NCBI RefSeq assembly: GCF_032062105.1
Contig: NW_026936221.1
Span: 1 to 64,000, forward strand
From: Saccostrea cucullata
Taxonomy: Eukaryota
Reading direction: 5' to 3'
DNA length: 64,000 nucleotides
The first letter of the stretch is position 1; every line of letters starts with the position of its first letter. The position numbers were made by a program, and so were the translations under genes. Below are positions 38,734 through 53,193 of this stretch, one piece after another. The notes under the pieces are model-generated. The model was not told where the DNA came from, did no database searches, and worked only from the letters and a program-made list of their open reading frames with translations.

Positions 38734-41587
38734 ATTATTCCAAAAAAGAAATCTGAAAATCTGTTCATTAAACAAGGTTGTTCGTCGATTATGGCACTTT
38801 TCATTATATCACCAAACTAGAATTTTAGATAAAAATCCGCATTTTTACTTTCCATGCTAATGATATCATCTAACGCCGTGTCTGTTTCAATGTCAGAGGC
38901 ACTTGATTAAATAAATGTTCCGAATTACAAAATATTCCTTCGCCACCTGACCACTGTCCATAATTCCTGCTAAGCTATGCGACTGCAACTGAATCAATCA
39001 ATGAATGAAAGAATGAAACAATCAAGATTTCCATGACCTCTCTAAAATCCCTCTCTCTTTTCTTTTGTGTACTTATTAGATGGTTTCAGGATGCCTGATC
39101 TCGTATTATGTAATTATCGAACTCCCCTAGTTAACTTTTGAATATTTAAATGGCAATGTTTTAAGTAAAATATATGCCTCATACAATTCTTTATGTAGAA
39201 TTATCACTGATTTTTTTTCAATAGCATTAAAATACACAGAGAAATATTTGCAAAGATTCAATTTTAACAATATACATGTAATTGAGTTTTGAAACCATTA
39301 TTTACATGTAAAACACAATAATTTAGCATCAAAAGTCTTAATTTTCTTCCCTAACATTATAAAAATGCTACAAAAAATTATTCTTTGAAAAATGCTAAAA
39401 ATTTAAGGATACTAGTAGGTATCTATATTTAGATATATGCCCCAACATAAGAAAAACACAATTTCATACTTAAATAATACCGAAACGGAGATACTTTAAT
39501 AACTAAAATATCTAACTAAATTTTACACAGGGTTCATTTGTAGATACGTTACTTTACCCCCCTCTCCAACCACCACTACTCCACCCTCCCCCACCAAAAA
39601 AAATATTTTACCTCTACCATTCGGTGCAGATTTTTAACAGTAAGAGAAAACTTGACCGACATTTCTCTAAAAATAAAAGAGTATATATTATCATGTTACG
39701 AAAATTACTAATAGTTCAACGCTATATTTTACAGCCAACTTGAATGTACATTAGTTCTAGCTAGAATTCTAAAGTTTGGTCTTTCGAGTTCATCATAATT
39801 ATGTAAAACTGAACAACTGAACATTTAAAGTTCAACTTTATGTTCAATTTATTCATTCAAACCATATTAATGGTACATGAGGTTCAACAATATATGTACA
39901 ATATATAGAAAAAATAATATACAAGATATACGTGAAATGGCGGAAATACATTCATATAAAGTAACAAAAACAATTATGGAGGACAGACTTTTTCATATAC
40001 TCTATTTATGTAACTGCATAGTTTAATTAATACCTTGGAGTCAGCAGATGACAACAATTCTGAGAATTTGAAAAAAACTGGTCTATTAAAATATTTACTA
40101 AGAAGATATTTTTTTTCTATATTTGGAAAAAAATTTACATTCTAAAATGTAGTGATACTCATCAGCTATTTGTCCATTATTACAAAGATTACATAGTCTA
40201 TCATTTTTGTAAACATCTAAAACGATGATTTGCTGACGTCTGTCGGATTGGTAGTTAATTGGTCACCATGTCAAGAATAACAACCCCCTTTGTCATTGTT
40301 TCGGTTTGTTCCCATCTCGCCATAACTGTAAAATTTAGCATTCCCATTTCGCCTTAGTAACCTCTCAGGTGAATTAAGGTGAAAAAGATTTAATATATTT
40401 AGCATAAAGTATTAAAAAACTTAGTATTACATGTATTATTTCATTCACTGTATTCATAAATTCCCATTACCTGTTAAATTCAATCTAAATTTTCAATCTT
40501 GACTTTGAAAAAGAGTAGGCTTTCTGAGGGCCGCCAGAGGAACCAAAAACTTTTTCAAAAACGGTCAAATAAACTTAACGTCACAACCTATGACTTAAAT
40601 GTTACCAACAATAAATAATCAATCAAAAAAGTATTTCAATGGTATTGTGAACAGGTGCGCCTAAATTACTTTATTCTAAGTAGTTATAACATATCATTAT
40701 AATTCAGATGCCTATTGCCAGCAATTTTTAATCAAAAGTCAATGTGCGCGAACTTAATGGACAACCATCGTTCATGTATCACGTTGTGTTTTTTTCCAGT
40801 TCATTCGATGCAAAAGAACGTTTAATAAACACGTATACCTGTCGATTGGTCGAACGTTCACTGAAGAATAGAGGATTAATTTTTTGTTCTCAGTTTCTGC
40901 TAAATTGTCTACCCATTTATTCGACCGAGACAAACGCTAAAGCTGGCCTGATGGATCCGCGCACGTGTTTAATTCTGTTCGCCATCTTTATTTTTTTTAT
41001 CACATGCGTTGAAGTTGATATCATGTGAAACCTCAAACTGTGTAATATTATTATGCACTAAACCGATCAAATAAACTGAAAATTTTCCTCCGTAAAATGA
41101 TTGAAATATTGCCAACTCAGTGTTTTTTTTTATAAACAGTCTATTTAATGCACCAATCATTTTTATACGTATAGTTTGAAAAACGACAAGATTAATTTCA
41201 GTACTAGTATTCATCAAGTATCCTTTGAATTATTTTATATCATTATGAACAGACGTTCAATAAACGTTGTCAGTTTTAAAGTTATGTCATGATGCTTCGT
41301 AAGAAAAAGACGAATTAGTAAGTAAAGGGTCCTCTATTCTACGGTACACGGCAAGATGTTTTTCTCCCTTGTTTCTCGTGACCTTCTGACCTTCCTCTGT
41401 ACTTTCGTAAAGTTTAGAAACAACTGGGTCATTATCCTACAAAATCGAAACAAGAATAGTTTCACTTTCGTCCATATTCTACTGTTGAAAAATTAAAGAA
41501 AAAAAATGCAATTGATTGCCTGAAAATTAATTGCAGAATGAACTTGAACGCTATCAGCTTTCCAAACCAACAATTCTTTATCATCTA

Positions 41588-41752
<165 letters not shown>

Positions 41753-41854
41753 TTACAGTTAGTAATTATATGTACCAAGTCCATTTCGTTTATATCAATT
41801 TTCCTAATTGCTCACAGTATTCACACATCCTTTACTTCACAAAGCCATTTCCTA

Positions 41855-42025
<171 letters not shown>

Positions 42026-42241
42026 CTAATAAAAAGAACAGAAAGGTTTTAAATCATACATTACGCATCAAAATTCAGAAATACGTAAGAGATGAATAAG
42101 ACGTAGGAAATCTATGGCTTATGTGACATAACAGCAAAATTTCTCTCATTACTTCAAGAATTAAGATCAGTATTTATATTCATTTCTCCTTTCATAATTG
42201 ACAGTTGAAAACGTTTGAATGGAAAATAAAACATTTTTTTA

Positions 42242-42508
<267 letters not shown>

Positions 42509-44455
42509 TCAATAACCATGCAAATCAAAAAGCTTGTTGTTTATATACTTTATTTTTTTCTTTGTCTACACGTGTGAAGTTCAAAAACAATTTCATAACA
42601 AGGGCAACACAATGTAAAACATATCCTTGCAAAGGGAGATATCAGCATTTGACATCGATCCCAACACAGGTAACGTCACTTCCATTACATTCATAAGGAA
42701 AAAACAAACCTTTCACATACACACACGAGAGCGTTATTTATCCCCTCGCAACGGAGTTGAAAAGATAAATCAAAGATTGTTGCATTTCAACCGAAGATAA
42801 TCATAAGATAAGATACTTATATTTTTCATTAAAGTAAATATGAAGAGAGAAAACTTCCAATATAAATTTAAATCTCAGTTCAAATTGTCGAGCATTTTCC
42901 CCCAACCAAATCACAAATATTTACTAGAACAACATATAAAATTTGTTTTCTAGTTGCATTTACATTGGAGTAGTAAATCATGTTCATTTTTGTTATTTTT
43001 TTCAATATATTCTTATCACATATTCCTTAAAAATTTAAGAAGGGGGGGGGTGCTCACTAAAGATGTATTTTAAGTTGAATCAGTAACTTTTGAAGAAAAG
43101 GTTTGTTTGTTGGTTTTTTGACACTCTTAAGTTCAAACAAAATCGATCATTCAGAGAAAAATAAATCATATAGTCATTATAATATCAAGGAAGAATACTA
43201 ATATTTCCTCTTAATTTATTTTTATATTACAAAGCAAATTGAAAATATTACTTTAAATTTCATATTAGTTTTTAACAACATTTATTACTTTGTCGCTTCA
43301 ATTCTGAGACAGCAAAAGATATAAGATTCATAATTTTAATTCATTGGGCACTCCAGCATATTACTCAGTAGAGACAAAGTTCGTATAAAGTTGCACGGAA
43401 TGAAAATTAACCATTAAATCAAAAGATGACTGAAAGATTAGATAAGGGTAACTGAGTGGTAACTGAAATTCAGTTGATAAATGAATGGCAAAATATTGAA
43501 TTCAGTTTTCCTTTCCTTACCTTTCAATAAACATTCAGCTGTTTAAATGACAATAAAGTATGGATATTTTTATCTTAAAAATTTATTTTTATTAGTTTTT
43601 AATTATTAGATTTTATATAGACAAATATAAAAAGTACACTAACTGCACTGTATATATTTACCAACAACATGTTCTAATATTAAGGTAATTTTTGAATACG
43701 AGAGACTTAAAACGGACAATTGGTCTTGTACATGGAAACACAAAACAACTAAGAAATCGTGAGACAAAAAGATTTCTTTGATAAGTCTAACAATATATTT
43801 TTAACAGTTTATGATACGGTGCATTATCGCTATTTAAAAGCACTTTAAACTTTTTTTAAAGATTGATTCATGAGGCAATGGATCTCTTTTGTATAAGCTT
43901 TTATAGCACATTTTCGCAAAACATGCATGAAATGAAATCATTATTCATGAAAATGAAAAGAAATGCAGGAATGTTTGAAATGAAAACAATCAAAAAAAAG
44001 TTTATCACAAATAATTTATCACGAACGCACTTTTAAAAAAAAATCTACAATATAAATATGAAAACATTTGTTTATTTCGCCATCAAACTTGAAAGTAAAA
44101 GTATGGCATTCATGTCTGACACTTTTGTACTGTATGAATTTAATGGTTTAAATGTCTCAGTTTTATAAAATGACTGTTCTATATAAAGCACTTTACTTAA
44201 AGGATTATTGCAGTCTAGGACATTCAATTTTACCTTTATCGTCAGATTTCTAATTATTTTGTATTTAAACAAATACGAAGGAAGTACACAACTACTAATA
44301 TATATGCTTATTACGTTTTTTTTGCAAAGCAATGTGGCTTAATTTGATATACAAAACAAAACCGTTACGCAAAAACTGAAAACCGACAAGAACAGAATAT
44401 AGCAGGTCACGTGCAATTCTTGAACGTTTTAAGTTTCGTGAAATTAGATAACTTA

Positions 44456-45025
44456 AACAAGTTGTTTTTGTGAAACACAAAGTTCGAAAAAAAACTTTTT
44501 TTAGCATATAGGTCACTGTCAAGGTCACAAGGACATTGACATTGGTATCATTTGAAAGAAATAGATTATTGGAATATGTATACCAAATATGAATTCTCTA
44601 TCTCTCATGGTTCAAAAGTTATGGTGAAGGTTCAAAAAAGCTATTTTAGCATATAGGTCACTTTCAAGGTCACAAGGTCACTGACCTTAGTGTCATTTGA
44701 AAGAGCTTAAAAGGTGGAGTACGCATACTAATTATGAAGTCTCTATCTTTCACGGTTCATTTTTTTTAAAGATATAGCGAAGGTGAAAATTTGCAGAAAA
44801 AATATTTTAAGCATATAGGTCACAGTCAAGGTCACAAGGTCATTGACCTTGGTGTCAATTGAAAGAGCTTTATTATTGAAATGTGCGTACCAAATATGAA
44901 GTCTTTATCTTTCATGATTCAAAAGTTATGGCGAAGGTTCAAGTTTGCAAACAAAGAGACAAACAGACAGACAGACAGGGCAAAAACAATATACGGCCCG
45001 AATCTATCGATCCGGACGCATAAAA
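44456..45025 (-). mobile_element. HINE with ~160-bp internal repeats
   Basis: Repeated gcatataggtcac..caaggtcacaagg, (ACAG)n, terminal gatccggacgcataaaa; same family as 52616-53177. Confidence 0.75.
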
Positions 45026-45149
45026 ATAATCACTTAAATAAAGAAAAATAACTTTCTTACCCACAGAGGAAAATGTTTCTTTATTTCTTCCTGTACGCAT
45101 GCGTAGATTTTAAAATAATTTTTAAAACATTCAAGAATTTATTCCTCGC

Positions 45150-45972
45150 TCAGAACTTTTGTACAGCAAGGGCTACGGCTTTCATCCTATATATTATTCT
45201 TGTGACAAGACCTTTCGTTGGATATCAACAACTTTGACCATTTGACCTTGGAGTTTGACCTACTTTTAACAAACTTTAACCTTGGCTACAACTTTTGAAC
45301 AGTAAAGGCTACAGCTTTCATACTTCACATATCTTATCCTTGTGACAAGATCTTTCATTGGATATCAACAACTTTGACCCTTTGACGTTGGAGTTTGACT
45401 TACTTTTTACAGACTTTAACCTTGGTCATAACTTTTGGATAGTAAGGGCCAGCACTTTCATACTTCCCATATGTAATCTTTGAGACAAGGCCTTTCTTTA
45501 CAAAACAAAACCTTGACCCTTTGACCTTGACCCAGGAGTTTGTCCTACCTTTAAAAACATTAACCTTTGTCATAACCTTTGAACAGGTGGTGCTAGGGTT
45601 TTATATTTCACATTTGTATTTCTTGTGAAAAGGCCTTATTTTAGGTATCAACATACCGTATATCCGGGGTTTTTTTTGCGTATTGAAAATTTTGTTAAAA
45701 AGGGATAGGATATTACATTTTTTATTCTGCGTGTTATTTTTTATGATTAAAGATTTTTTTGTTTAAAATGGTAATGTTTTTATGTCACATTATAGCTGAC
45801 ATAATTTATGCGTGTTTTACATTTTGCGAATCAAAAATGGTCGCAAAAATGCGAAAAGTAGAACATCGCGAAAAAAAACCGGATATACGGTATTTGATCT
45901 GCATTTGAGAAAGCTAAACCTTCGCTATGTTGCCATACGGGGGGATCAGTGTTTCACAAATACGTCTTGCTT
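45150..45972 (+). mobile_element. HINE fragment (tgaccttg repeats) with nested MITE
   Basis: Repeats related to 55094-57660; 3' end gtgtttcacaaatacgtcttg. Confidence 0.7.
45656..45890. mobile_element. Tc1/mariner-superfamily MITE
   Basis: TIR ccgtatatccgg...ttttgcg / cgcgaaaa...ccggatatacgg, TA TSD. Confidence 0.82.
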
Positions 45973-46548
45973 TTATTTATTTGTTTTGTTTTATTGGGGG
46001 GTTAATTTCTAATTTAGATCTTACGTGGTCTTTCTTGCTTTCCAGAGCTTTGTAGATTGTAAAAATTTTGTAATACCGGTACATGAACTTTTATTTTCCA
46101 TAATCTGTTAATTTATGATACAATTATCTTAAAAGAGAAACATAATTTTGATTCATTGTATAGGTCTAAACAAATTCATTCTTGTCGCTGTTTAATTTTT
46201 TACTTAAAATAAATTAACTACAAGTGTTTTAATTTGTCTCGTAATGAAATTGTTATTAATTGTCTTATCAGGAGACATATTTGAAAACTCTTCCCCAGGA
46301 GCCAGGAACAACTCAACGAGTCCATCATTCCTCTGCAAATATCTTCGGGCGAAAAAGTTATAATTAGTTCCCAGTATCTTAAGAAATATTTCTGGATCTG
46401 CTAACAGAATTGGCATTCAATGTATATTATAAGTCTAGCTTCTTATTATCATTACTGATAAAGACAAATAATGAATGCAAAACAAAATGAAAAGAAAACT
46501 CCTGAGCATACAGTTATAATTTTATTCAAATTTGCTTACAAAGTTCTT

Positions 46549-47820
46549 TTACAGCAACGCCATTACAAGGACGCACCACTGTATGAAAACAAAGACGTAA
46601 AAATAGTACGTCAAAAGTCTGTCATATCCTTCCGCCAAATCCTTCCAAGTGACTTTTTCCTTTCCTTCTTCAAAATTTTGCGTATTGTTACCTTCAGCCA
46701 CATTACTCTTTTCAAAAACTACATCCACTTTCACAGATTTAGCTTTGACTTTAGTCTTGCTTTTTTTACAGACGCAGCACAGACATTGGAATCTCAAAAT
46801 ATTAAGCATAAAAACACAAGGACGTGAGACGGGTAACAGGGGATCTTTGAAATGAAAACGCATTGTAACAACAGCCAAAACGCATATCAATGTGCTCATA
46901 GCCATTGTTATGATTAAGAAGTAAGACATCAAAGACATTGGTTCTGAAGATTTGGGAATATTGTCACTGAGCAGTGTCATAAAAACGGCGAAAGACAAAA
47001 AGATTGTAATAGCATAAGATACACGTTCCCCACTTTCAATTGGTAAAACAAACACAAGAGGATTGAGTAAGGACAGAAGAAGGATTGGTGCTAACATGTT
47101 AATGACAAAATACAGAAACTTCCTCTCTAAAATTAATCCAATTTCAAGTAAATTATCATAATCAGCGAGTGCAGTCCGCTTCATCAATGTCCCTTTCAAC
47201 GTCCACTGAGCATTCTCGGAGTAGTAGCTTGTGACCACTGTCGTTAAGTTATTGTGAGGAATTAATCTTGCTTCAGATGGCGAATATCCCCACAAAGCTA
47301 TTGTGAAAGTGCACGATTGTGTGTCGAAAGGGAATCTGTACATGTCAACGTTGCACGAAGTCTGAAGTAGACCTGCTGGTACCCATGTCACTTGGCCAGA
47401 ATAAGAAATTCTGCCCAAGAAATCCTCGTCCCCAATGGCTTCCATCTTTTTGGCTGGGTCAAGCAAAAATATGTTTGGGACCCATAGTCTCTGTTTGGGA
47501 ACAGGGAGATGTTCGATGCCACCATAGTTGCTTGGTATCCAGGTCAGTCGAAAATCATGCCAAAACAACGTAAAACTACTAACAATGGACAGAACTCCTG
47601 AAACTTCATCGAAATCATTTACTGAGAAAACAATAGGGCTAACGGAGACCTCTAAAGTTTCTGACATGTTCTCTTTTGGTCGGATTTCTGTTGAGTAGTT
47701 CTGAAACACATCCTGGAGAAGTGATTTGGCGTCCGAATACGGATACCCATGGACAGATGTTGACAAAATTCCACTGATCAACAGCAGAGAAAAATAAAAA
47801 CAAGCAGATTCTACTTTCAT
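46549..47820 (-). CDS. G4: nAChR-like Cys-loop cation channel subunit, non-alpha, single coding exon, 423 aa
   Basis: Signal peptide, Cys loop CNVDMYRFPFDTQSC, 4 TM, GER-M2. Confidence 0.96.
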   Translation of the reverse strand: MKVESACFYFSLLLISGILSTSVHGYPYSDAKSLLQDVFQNYSTEIRPKENMSETLEVSVSPIVFSVNDFDEVSGVLSIVSSFTLFWHDFRLTWIPSNYGGIEHLPVPKQRLWVPNIFLLDPAKKMEAIGDEDFLGRISYSGQVTWVPAGLLQTSCNVDMYRFPFDTQSCTFTIALWGYSPSEARLIPHNNLTTVVTSYYSENAQWTLKGTLMKRTALADYDNLLEIGLILERKFLYFVINMLAPILLLSLLNPLVFVLPIESGERVSYAITIFLSFAVFMTLLSDNIPKSSEPMSLMSYFLIITMAMSTLICVLAVVTMRFHFKDPLLPVSRPCVFMLNILRFQCLCCVCKKSKTKVKAKSVKVDVVFEKSNVAEGNNTQNFEEGKEKVTWKDLAEGYDRLLTYYFYVFVFIQWCVLVMALL

Positions 47821-49744
47821 AATCCTCTCAAGCAGTCTATGTGGAGAATTAAGCCAGCTGCATTTAAATGGTCGACTGTGAAAAATATTTTGATTTTTAT
47901 TTCAAGCACAATATATCTAATACTCTTTTCCGCATGATCACTTTTAAATAGTATTTCAAAATGATCAATGATGTTAGATTTCTACTATGTATTAATAAAA
48001 CAAAGATCTGCTCAACAATTATCAGAGAGCAATATTTGCTTTTCAGTTATCGCCAGAAGAATAACCTCATAATAATTGAAATAAAACCTTTTTACTGTAA
48101 ATTAATGTTGACACCCTCTTTGGTTCCTCTGAATGCTTGCATATTTCCATATAGGAAAAGATTCTTTTGATTAGTTAATTAAACTTAAGTGAAAAAGTAA
48201 AGACATGTAATTAAGAGGAAAATCTTTTTACATTTATGTAAAGTTGGTGTTGTAATCCAATAACTTTGCGGTTAAAATACAGCTTTAGACTATTCCGATT
48301 ACACAGATTTAGTCTTAGCTTATAAATATTATCAGCTTATCTGGTATTCTAGCTGAGTCAAGCAATTAAATTATGTATTTTATCTAGTGAGGTAAATTAT
48401 GAACTTTATTGAAGCATTGAAGATTAATTTTTGATGTTATCCGTAATATACTACCATTTTAAACTCCACATCAAATCCATCGTAAAATTATTCAATGTTA
48501 TGGCATAGTTTGTAATGAATCTTTTTTTCCACATGATCTTTTTCGTTTTAACCATATAACCTTATGCACACATTCATTAACCTGAAGTTAATCAAAGAAA
48601 CACTTTATTTGATGTACACAGATGGATATAGGGCCTGTTTTCGCTGAATATGATTAATTGGTTAACCAATGGCTTTTTATTTCAAATATTCCTTGGCTTT
48701 CAAAAACAAAATAATCTCAATATATATAATTCCCTGCGAACATGACCAATCTTAATATGCCTGTTAATACACATGTACTCCTGTTTCGTAAAAGAAGGAG
48801 ATAACAAAAAACGATTTGTGGTAGTGAATTGAAATACATATATATTAGCATAACCTTTGGGATATCAATTAATCTTTTGCATGTAAGTTAACTGTATTAA
48901 AGACTCTTCTTTTCTTATTATACAAGCATGTAGCTACTGATTCCTCGAAAAGGACAATGCATTTGACAAAACCCCACAGAAATGCATGCTTTAATCATGT
49001 TAATACTGAACCTGAAAATCACTTTTCGAGTACTCCCCATATAAAATTAAACACGAATTTTATAAGAAAATATAGGGTATATTGCTGTTATCCCGTTCCG
49101 TCAGTCCGTCCATCTCTTACAATATCTTCTTCCTAATCATACGCTTACTTTCAAACAGAAGCCAACTCATCTTAATGACTAAATTACATCTGAAATGATT
49201 ATAAGCACCAAAATATACTCCATGTTTTGAGTTCCCTATGCCCTATATCTACATGTTATCTTTAACATCTCCATAGCCTCACTTTGACGTCACTTAACGG
49301 TGAGAGTTTCTCCGTGTATATCTCAAAAATTATACCTTGAGTATACATGAAAATGACATTCAAATCAATTTCACAGTTGGCTTAGTAGAAAAAACACGGA
49401 GAAATAGTGAAATATTGTACTAAGATGTATCAAAATCAAATAAAAGTGTGGAAGGAAGTGGTACTTCGAAAATTTTTAAACAGGCTTATCATACAATCTC
49501 ATCAAGTATATTTTATTAACGACCAGTACAACAGTAATTAACAGACACAAGCACACAAAAAACACACAATGAATAAGAAAGCAGTTCAACATGTTCAATA
49601 GAACATTTAAAAATGATATACTAGTAATCAACGCACAGTTTCAACAATTTCCGAACTTAATTAATAAATGGTTTTGAACTCAGCCTACGTTCGAAAAAAA
49701 AACAACTTTTGAACAATTAATACCTGTAATCTTATTAAACAATT

Positions 49745-51019
49745 TCACACTGCCAATACCACTCCAAGGATAAGCCACTGTAGAAATACCAGAACGTAAA
49801 AGTAGTTCGTTAGTATTTTATCATATCCCTTCGCCAAAATTTTCCAAGTGACTTTTTCCTCTTTTTCATCATCTTCTATACTTTTGTCAACGGCTATTTT
49901 ACTTTTTACAAAAACTATATCCAATTTCGAGGACGTGTCAGTGACTTTAGACTTCTTTTCACGTTTTCTACAAATACGACATAGGCATCGGAGTCTCAAA
50001 ACATCCAGCATGAAAACACATTTACTTGAAACTGGCAATTTAGGATTTTTGAAATGGAGTTGCATTGTGACAACAGCCAAAACGCATATTAAAGTACTCA
50101 TAGACATCGTTACTATTAAAAAGTAAGACATTAAAGACATAGGCTCAGACGATTTAGGCATACTGTCGCTGAGCAAAGTCATAAATACGGCAAAAGATAA
50201 GAAGATGGTTATAGCATAGGACACACGTTCTCCACTTTCAACCGGTAATGCAAACACAAGAGGGTTGAGTAAGGACAATAAAAGAATTGGTGCTAACATG
50301 TTTATGACGAAATATAGGGATTTCCTTTTCAGAATCAACTGTAATTCGATTAAACTATCATATCCTCCAAGTGCAGATGGTTTCATAACAGTCTTTTCTA
50401 ACGTCCACTGAGCATTTGACGTGTAATAAGTCGTATCCATGGTTGTGAAATTGCTAAAAGGTGTTAATTTAGCTTCAAATTGTGAATATCCCCACAAAAC
50501 TAATGTAAAAGAGCATGTCTGTACATCAAAAGGAAATTTATACATGTCAACGTTGCACAAGGTCTGAATTAAACCCCCTGGTACCCATGACACCATACCC
50601 GAATTTGAAATTCTGCCTATGAAGTCGTTACTTCCAATTGCTTCCATTTTATTAGCTGGATCAATCAGAAAGACGTTAGGCACCCATAACATCTCTTTAG
50701 GCACAGGAATATCCTGGATGCCACCATAGTTGTTGGGTGTCCAGGACAACCGAAAATCATGCCATGTCAAGAAAAATCCACACACAATGGACATTACACC
50801 AGAGACTTCATCGAACTCATTCACTGAAAACATGAACGGCAAAAGAGAAACTTCTAACACTTCAGACAAGTTCTCTTTGGGGCGGATTTTTGTTGAGTAG
50901 TTCTTGAAGACATCCTGGAGAAGAAAATCGGCATCTGAATACATAAAGCCATATACAGATGTCAACGTTGTTCCAATGGTTAACACAAAACACCAACACA
51001 ACAAAGAATTCTTCGTCAT
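49745..51019 (-). CDS. G5: nAChR-like Cys-loop cation channel subunit, non-alpha, single coding exon, 424 aa
   Basis: Signal peptide, Cys loop CNVDMYKFPFDVQTC, 4 TM, GER-M2. Confidence 0.96.
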   Translation of the reverse strand: MTKNSLLCWCFVLTIGTTLTSVYGFMYSDADFLLQDVFKNYSTKIRPKENLSEVLEVSLLPFMFSVNEFDEVSGVMSIVCGFFLTWHDFRLSWTPNNYGGIQDIPVPKEMLWVPNVFLIDPANKMEAIGSNDFIGRISNSGMVSWVPGGLIQTLCNVDMYKFPFDVQTCSFTLVLWGYSQFEAKLTPFSNFTTMDTTYYTSNAQWTLEKTVMKPSALGGYDSLIELQLILKRKSLYFVINMLAPILLLSLLNPLVFALPVESGERVSYAITIFLSFAVFMTLLSDSMPKSSEPMSLMSYFLIVTMSMSTLICVLAVVTMQLHFKNPKLPVSSKCVFMLDVLRLRCLCRICRKREKKSKVTDTSSKLDIVFVKSKIAVDKSIEDDEKEEKVTWKILAKGYDKILTNYFYVLVFLQWLILGVVLAV

Positions 51020-51936
51020 TTTTCTCTTCAGAAACGTTATATGGCTGAAACTGGTTAATGTTCAAAAATATATCTAATTTTTTTTATAAGCCCAATATTT
51101 AATCCCTTTTCTTCAGTTGATCATGTTTAAATACTTTTTCAAAACAACTCCTCTTGAAATTCAGTCGTCTCATTGTGTTGTCAAAGGAAAACAAAAATGT
51201 CTCTTTAAAAATGTTGAGACAACTAAGGGTAATTAGAATGCAATCACCTTAAGAGAATAAGCACATCCATTTCTTCTGTAGTGATTATATACATTTTTAC
51301 AATAAGCTGAAGAAATGTTATTCATTTCCTCATTATACAAACTTTTCCACTGAATCTTCGTAAAATCACGACAAATTTCTTTCCCATATCTCTAAACACG
51401 ACGGGGAATATTCGATGTTGAAACTGAGAATATAAGCTCTCGACTTTTGCAAAATATGGACCTACGTCAAGAAGTAATAAGAGGGTTATTCAGAGATAAT
51501 CCCAACACTTCTTTAGCTTATGGATCTAACATTAGCAGATCAACGATTAAATGGAGAGAAGTCTCCGACATTTAATCTCATCATTATCATTAGTACAGTG
51601 ATGAGCATTGAACATATCGACACCAGTTATGCAATAATCGCAATTAAATTATAAAATACCCAACATATTTTAAATGGTATTCTTTCGTTAACCAGAATAT
51701 AAAGCAATGATCGAATTTCTTTGGAATGAAGCCTCCTTCAAATAATAGGAATTACATCGGTCTATTTATCTGATCTACTAATGGATCTTTATTTACATGT
51801 TCTCTTTGATTGCATCTGGTTAATCACTTAATCATCATACGTGAACGTATTTATCAAAACTGCACATCAGTAAATTATCTTAAAGGTGGAAAAACAAACG
51901 GATGGAGAACGCCTAAATGGGAAGGAATGGCCGGGG

Positions 51937-52143
51937 TATTAAACCAATCTTTATTCGCGTGAAAGGAATATTCGCGAGTTTCGCGACCTTCTTAATCCCT
52001 CGAATATTAATTGCTGCTTACCAATGAATTTGCTTTGTGTTAAAATAGAATGTCCCCTCCGAGGCGAAAATTAATTTTCGCGGATTGATTTCAATCTGAC
52101 AATTCACGAATAAAAGATGACGCGAATAAAAAAGTGTTTACAG
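51937..52143. mobile_element. Degenerate MITE
   Basis: Imperfect TIRs taaaccaatctttattcgcg / cgcgaataaaaaagtgttta; absent from the paralogous spacer at ~59880-59910. Confidence 0.6.
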
Positions 52144-52615
52144 CATGTACATGACTGTATTATACTATTTAGAATACTGTAGAAAAATAAGTTTTAATGC
52201 ACCCCTTCAACAGTTGTGTTTGATAATTTTATTTTCATTCAAGACTTTGTGTTTGATATTATAGTGTAAAATTGGTACGGTTTATGACAAGGAAACAGAA
52301 AAAATCACGTGCGTGGGCTAGTCTAGTCTGGGGCGAAACATTGGATAGTTTATTAAGTATCGGACATTCAAGCAAGGGATCTTTTACAAAATAGTCAAAT
52401 CAAATTATTAAATAAATGAAAACATTGTACTAAAACAGAGAGATTTGCTTTTGTGAGGACGGTGTTGACAAATTTTAAATAACATTACCACATGTAACAT
52501 TCATGTGAGAAAAATCTAAAAAATGTCATTTTATATCATTCACAAGGGAAGTAGTGCATTTTAGAAGAAATTCTATATTGACGATAATAAATTACACTGT
52601 GTTTAACAGTATTAA

Positions 52616-53177
52616 AATAAGATGCGTTTGTTAAACACTATGCTCCTGGCGGCAACAAAGTTCGTAAAAAGCTATTTTTGGCATATAGGTCAGAGTCAAA
52701 GTCATGCATTGACCTTGATATCATTTGAAAAGGCTTAATGAGTGGAGTAGGAGACACATAAAAATATGTCCCTAACTTTATTAGTTCAAAAGTTATGGCG
52801 AAGGACAAAGTTTGAAGACAAAAAAATATTTTTAGCATAAGGGTCCGAGTCAAGGTCACAAAGTCATTGTTCTTGGTATTACTGGAAAGAACTTAATTGA
52901 TAGAGTATGCATACCAAATTTAAAATCTTTATCTTCAAAAGTTACGGCGAAGGTTAACATTTGCAGAAAAAATTCTATTTTAGCATATAGGTCACAGTCT
53001 AGGTCATGAAGTCATTGGTCTCATTTGAAAGAACTTTATTAGTGGAGTATGAATACCAAATGTGAAGTTTCTATCTTTCATGATTCAAAAGGTATAGCGA
53101 AGGTTAATTTTGCAGACAAATGGACAGACAGGAAAAAACAATATACTCCTCGGATCTCTTGATCCGGACGCATAAAA
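52616..53177 (-). mobile_element. HINE inserted 16 bp downstream of the G6 stop codon
   Basis: Same family as 44456-45025; empty site downstream of G7 at ~61305. Confidence 0.8.
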
Positions 53178-53193
53178 GTCTGAGAAATTTGCA

